A stretch of DNA of 64,000 bases, taken from the IMG/VR virus record IMGVR_UViG_3300031993_000068, positions 3,568 through 67,567 of that record; one strand, 5' to 3'. The stretch is from a virus. Its lineage: Duplodnaviria > Caudoviricetes. Positions 63,013 through 64,000 of this stretch are shown here, in pieces (positions within the stretch are counted from its first letter, which is position 1; every line of letters starts with the position of its first letter). The notes beneath the pieces are model-generated. The model was not told where the DNA came from and did no database searches. It worked only from the letters and a program-made list of their open reading frames with translations. A program made the position numbers and the translations under genes.

Positions 63013-63357
63013 TCAATAAAGGTCTCTCATTCGGATAACCCCGGACGGGTCAGGCACGTCAACGCCCCACTTCGCGTATAACATCTTCGCAAGGGCTCTC
63101 AACCCACTGCGGTCATATACGTTCTTGCTTGAGCGTTGACGCTGCCAACCACCGTCCGATTCATAATCGCCCGACGCGGAAGTCGAGGACTGCGCCAAGA
63201 ACATATACAAGTCTGCCGTAGCCAAGTCACGCTGACGCTCCGTCAAGTCGGTCACATCCGACCCAGGGGTGATGCCACGATCTACGAGTATCGCCTGTAC
63301 CGTCGCTTCCTGCAAGTTGAAATCGGCCTTGCCAACCAAGTATTGCTCTATGGTCAT
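63013..63357 (-). CDS. Head-tail connector (adaptor)
   Basis: RDLATADLYMFLA..S; directly downstream of MCP. Confidence 0.6.
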   Translation of the reverse strand: MTIEQYLVGKADFNLQEATVQAILVDRGITPGSDVTDLTERQRDLATADLYMFLAQSSTSASGDYESDGGWQRQRSSKNVYDRSGLRALAKMLYAKWGVDVPDPSGVIRMRDLY

Positions 63358-63392
63358 ATCCTCATTTCGCTATCGGTTTCACGCACTCCTCA

Positions 63393-64000
63393 CTAAGCGG
63401 CGTTGATGCCGGTGAGATAGAACATCAGCCTCGGCTTGTCGGGAGCGACCACGGAGGTCATCTCACCGCCATAACTCTGGCACTTCTTCACATAGTCGGT
63501 GCCGATGGTGAACGCGGCCTTGCGACCGAAGGCGTAGGCATACCTACCACCCTCGAAGAGCAGAGGCTCAACGGTCAGAATCTCACCGATGTTGCCATCG
63601 GGGACAAGTGCCACGTTCGCGTCGGAGAAGGATGCGAAGGTGCGCTCCTTGAGGAGACCGCCCTCGGAATACTCGACTGCGGAGATGTGGTCTTTCTCGA
63701 TGATGGGCTTGCCGACAAGCGACTCAAGCGCGGCAATCTGCTCGGCGCGAGTGAAAGGCTTGAGGGAACTCACGGTGTAGGTGGCGTTCAGCGAGAAACG
63801 CTCCTTGAGGTCGGCGATGACCTGGGTGTGGGCGAGAAGCCTGTCGATGGTGAGATTGTTCATCTCGAAGTGACAAGCGGAAAGGCCCTTCTTGCGGGCA
63901 ACCTCCACGAGATTCTTCATGTCCTGCACGGGGTCGGAACTTGCGACGGCGGCATAGGTGGTGGCGGCGAACCAGCCGTTACCACTGTTGACCGCGTACT
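63393..64000 (-). CDS. Major capsid protein, C-terminal part (5'-truncated by window edge)
   Basis: Frame open to the edge; DPVQD, V.LVPDG.IG, EMTSVVAPDKP.LMFYL. Confidence 0.75.
   Translation of the reverse strand, partial: YAVNSGNGWFAATTYAAVASSDPVQDMKNLVEVARKKGLSACHFEMNNLTIDRLLAHTQVIADLKERFSLNATYTVSSLKPFTRAEQIAALESLVGKPIIEKDHISAVEYSEGGLLKERTFASFSDANVALVPDGNIGEILTVEPLLFEGGRYAYAFGRKAAFTIGTDYVKKCQSYGGEMTSVVAPDKPRLMFYLTGINAA

Noticed and set aside
1-64000. Stop-codon reassignment
   Set aside because: Long genes are intact in the standard code, and TAA, TGA and TAG all end tightly packed genes.
1-64000. Host chromosomal genes or prophage boundaries
   Set aside because: dnaN-, thyX-, PAPS-reductase- and DnaA-C-like genes sit inside phage operons; no housekeeping synteny or attL/attR junction is visible.

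Overview
The whole window is one Bacteroidales-type temperate, long-tailed phage. I saw no host genes, and the promoters fit the Bacteroidota TTG/TTTG-N~20-TAnnTTTG pattern. Left to right: TerL C-terminus, portal and head morphogenesis gene (+); HNH homing endonuclease; two PAPS-reductase-family genes and a ThyX-like gene (-); an O-like replication initiator with internal iterons; a divergent early region with twin promoters and strand-polar GAACG enrichment; two tyrosine recombinases; a CI-like switch; a long middle operon (+) with Mom-like modifier, sliding clamp, ERF, exonuclease, SSB, primase-helicase and RuvC; then lysis, tail and head genes (-), ending inside the major capsid gene. The standout is 30101-31758. 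A lone RAMP/Cas7-like gene is followed directly by a 538-bp non-coding array of 101 pentamers (conserved GGY-type triplet + variable NN), cut into 7 units by GGCA|GGA, and then by an accessory gene. Read antisense with every third base skipped, the NN dinucleotides give peptide-like strings. Two resemble motifs in this phage's own replication protein and integrase, which suggests an RNA-guided system with a gapped code aimed at related competitor phages. From memory this matches the recently reported VIPR architecture; I cannot verify that here. Other notable items are three tRNA-like RNAs and G/C homopolymer tracts in DNA-modification and helicase genes. All alignments and counts were done by hand; no database searches were run.
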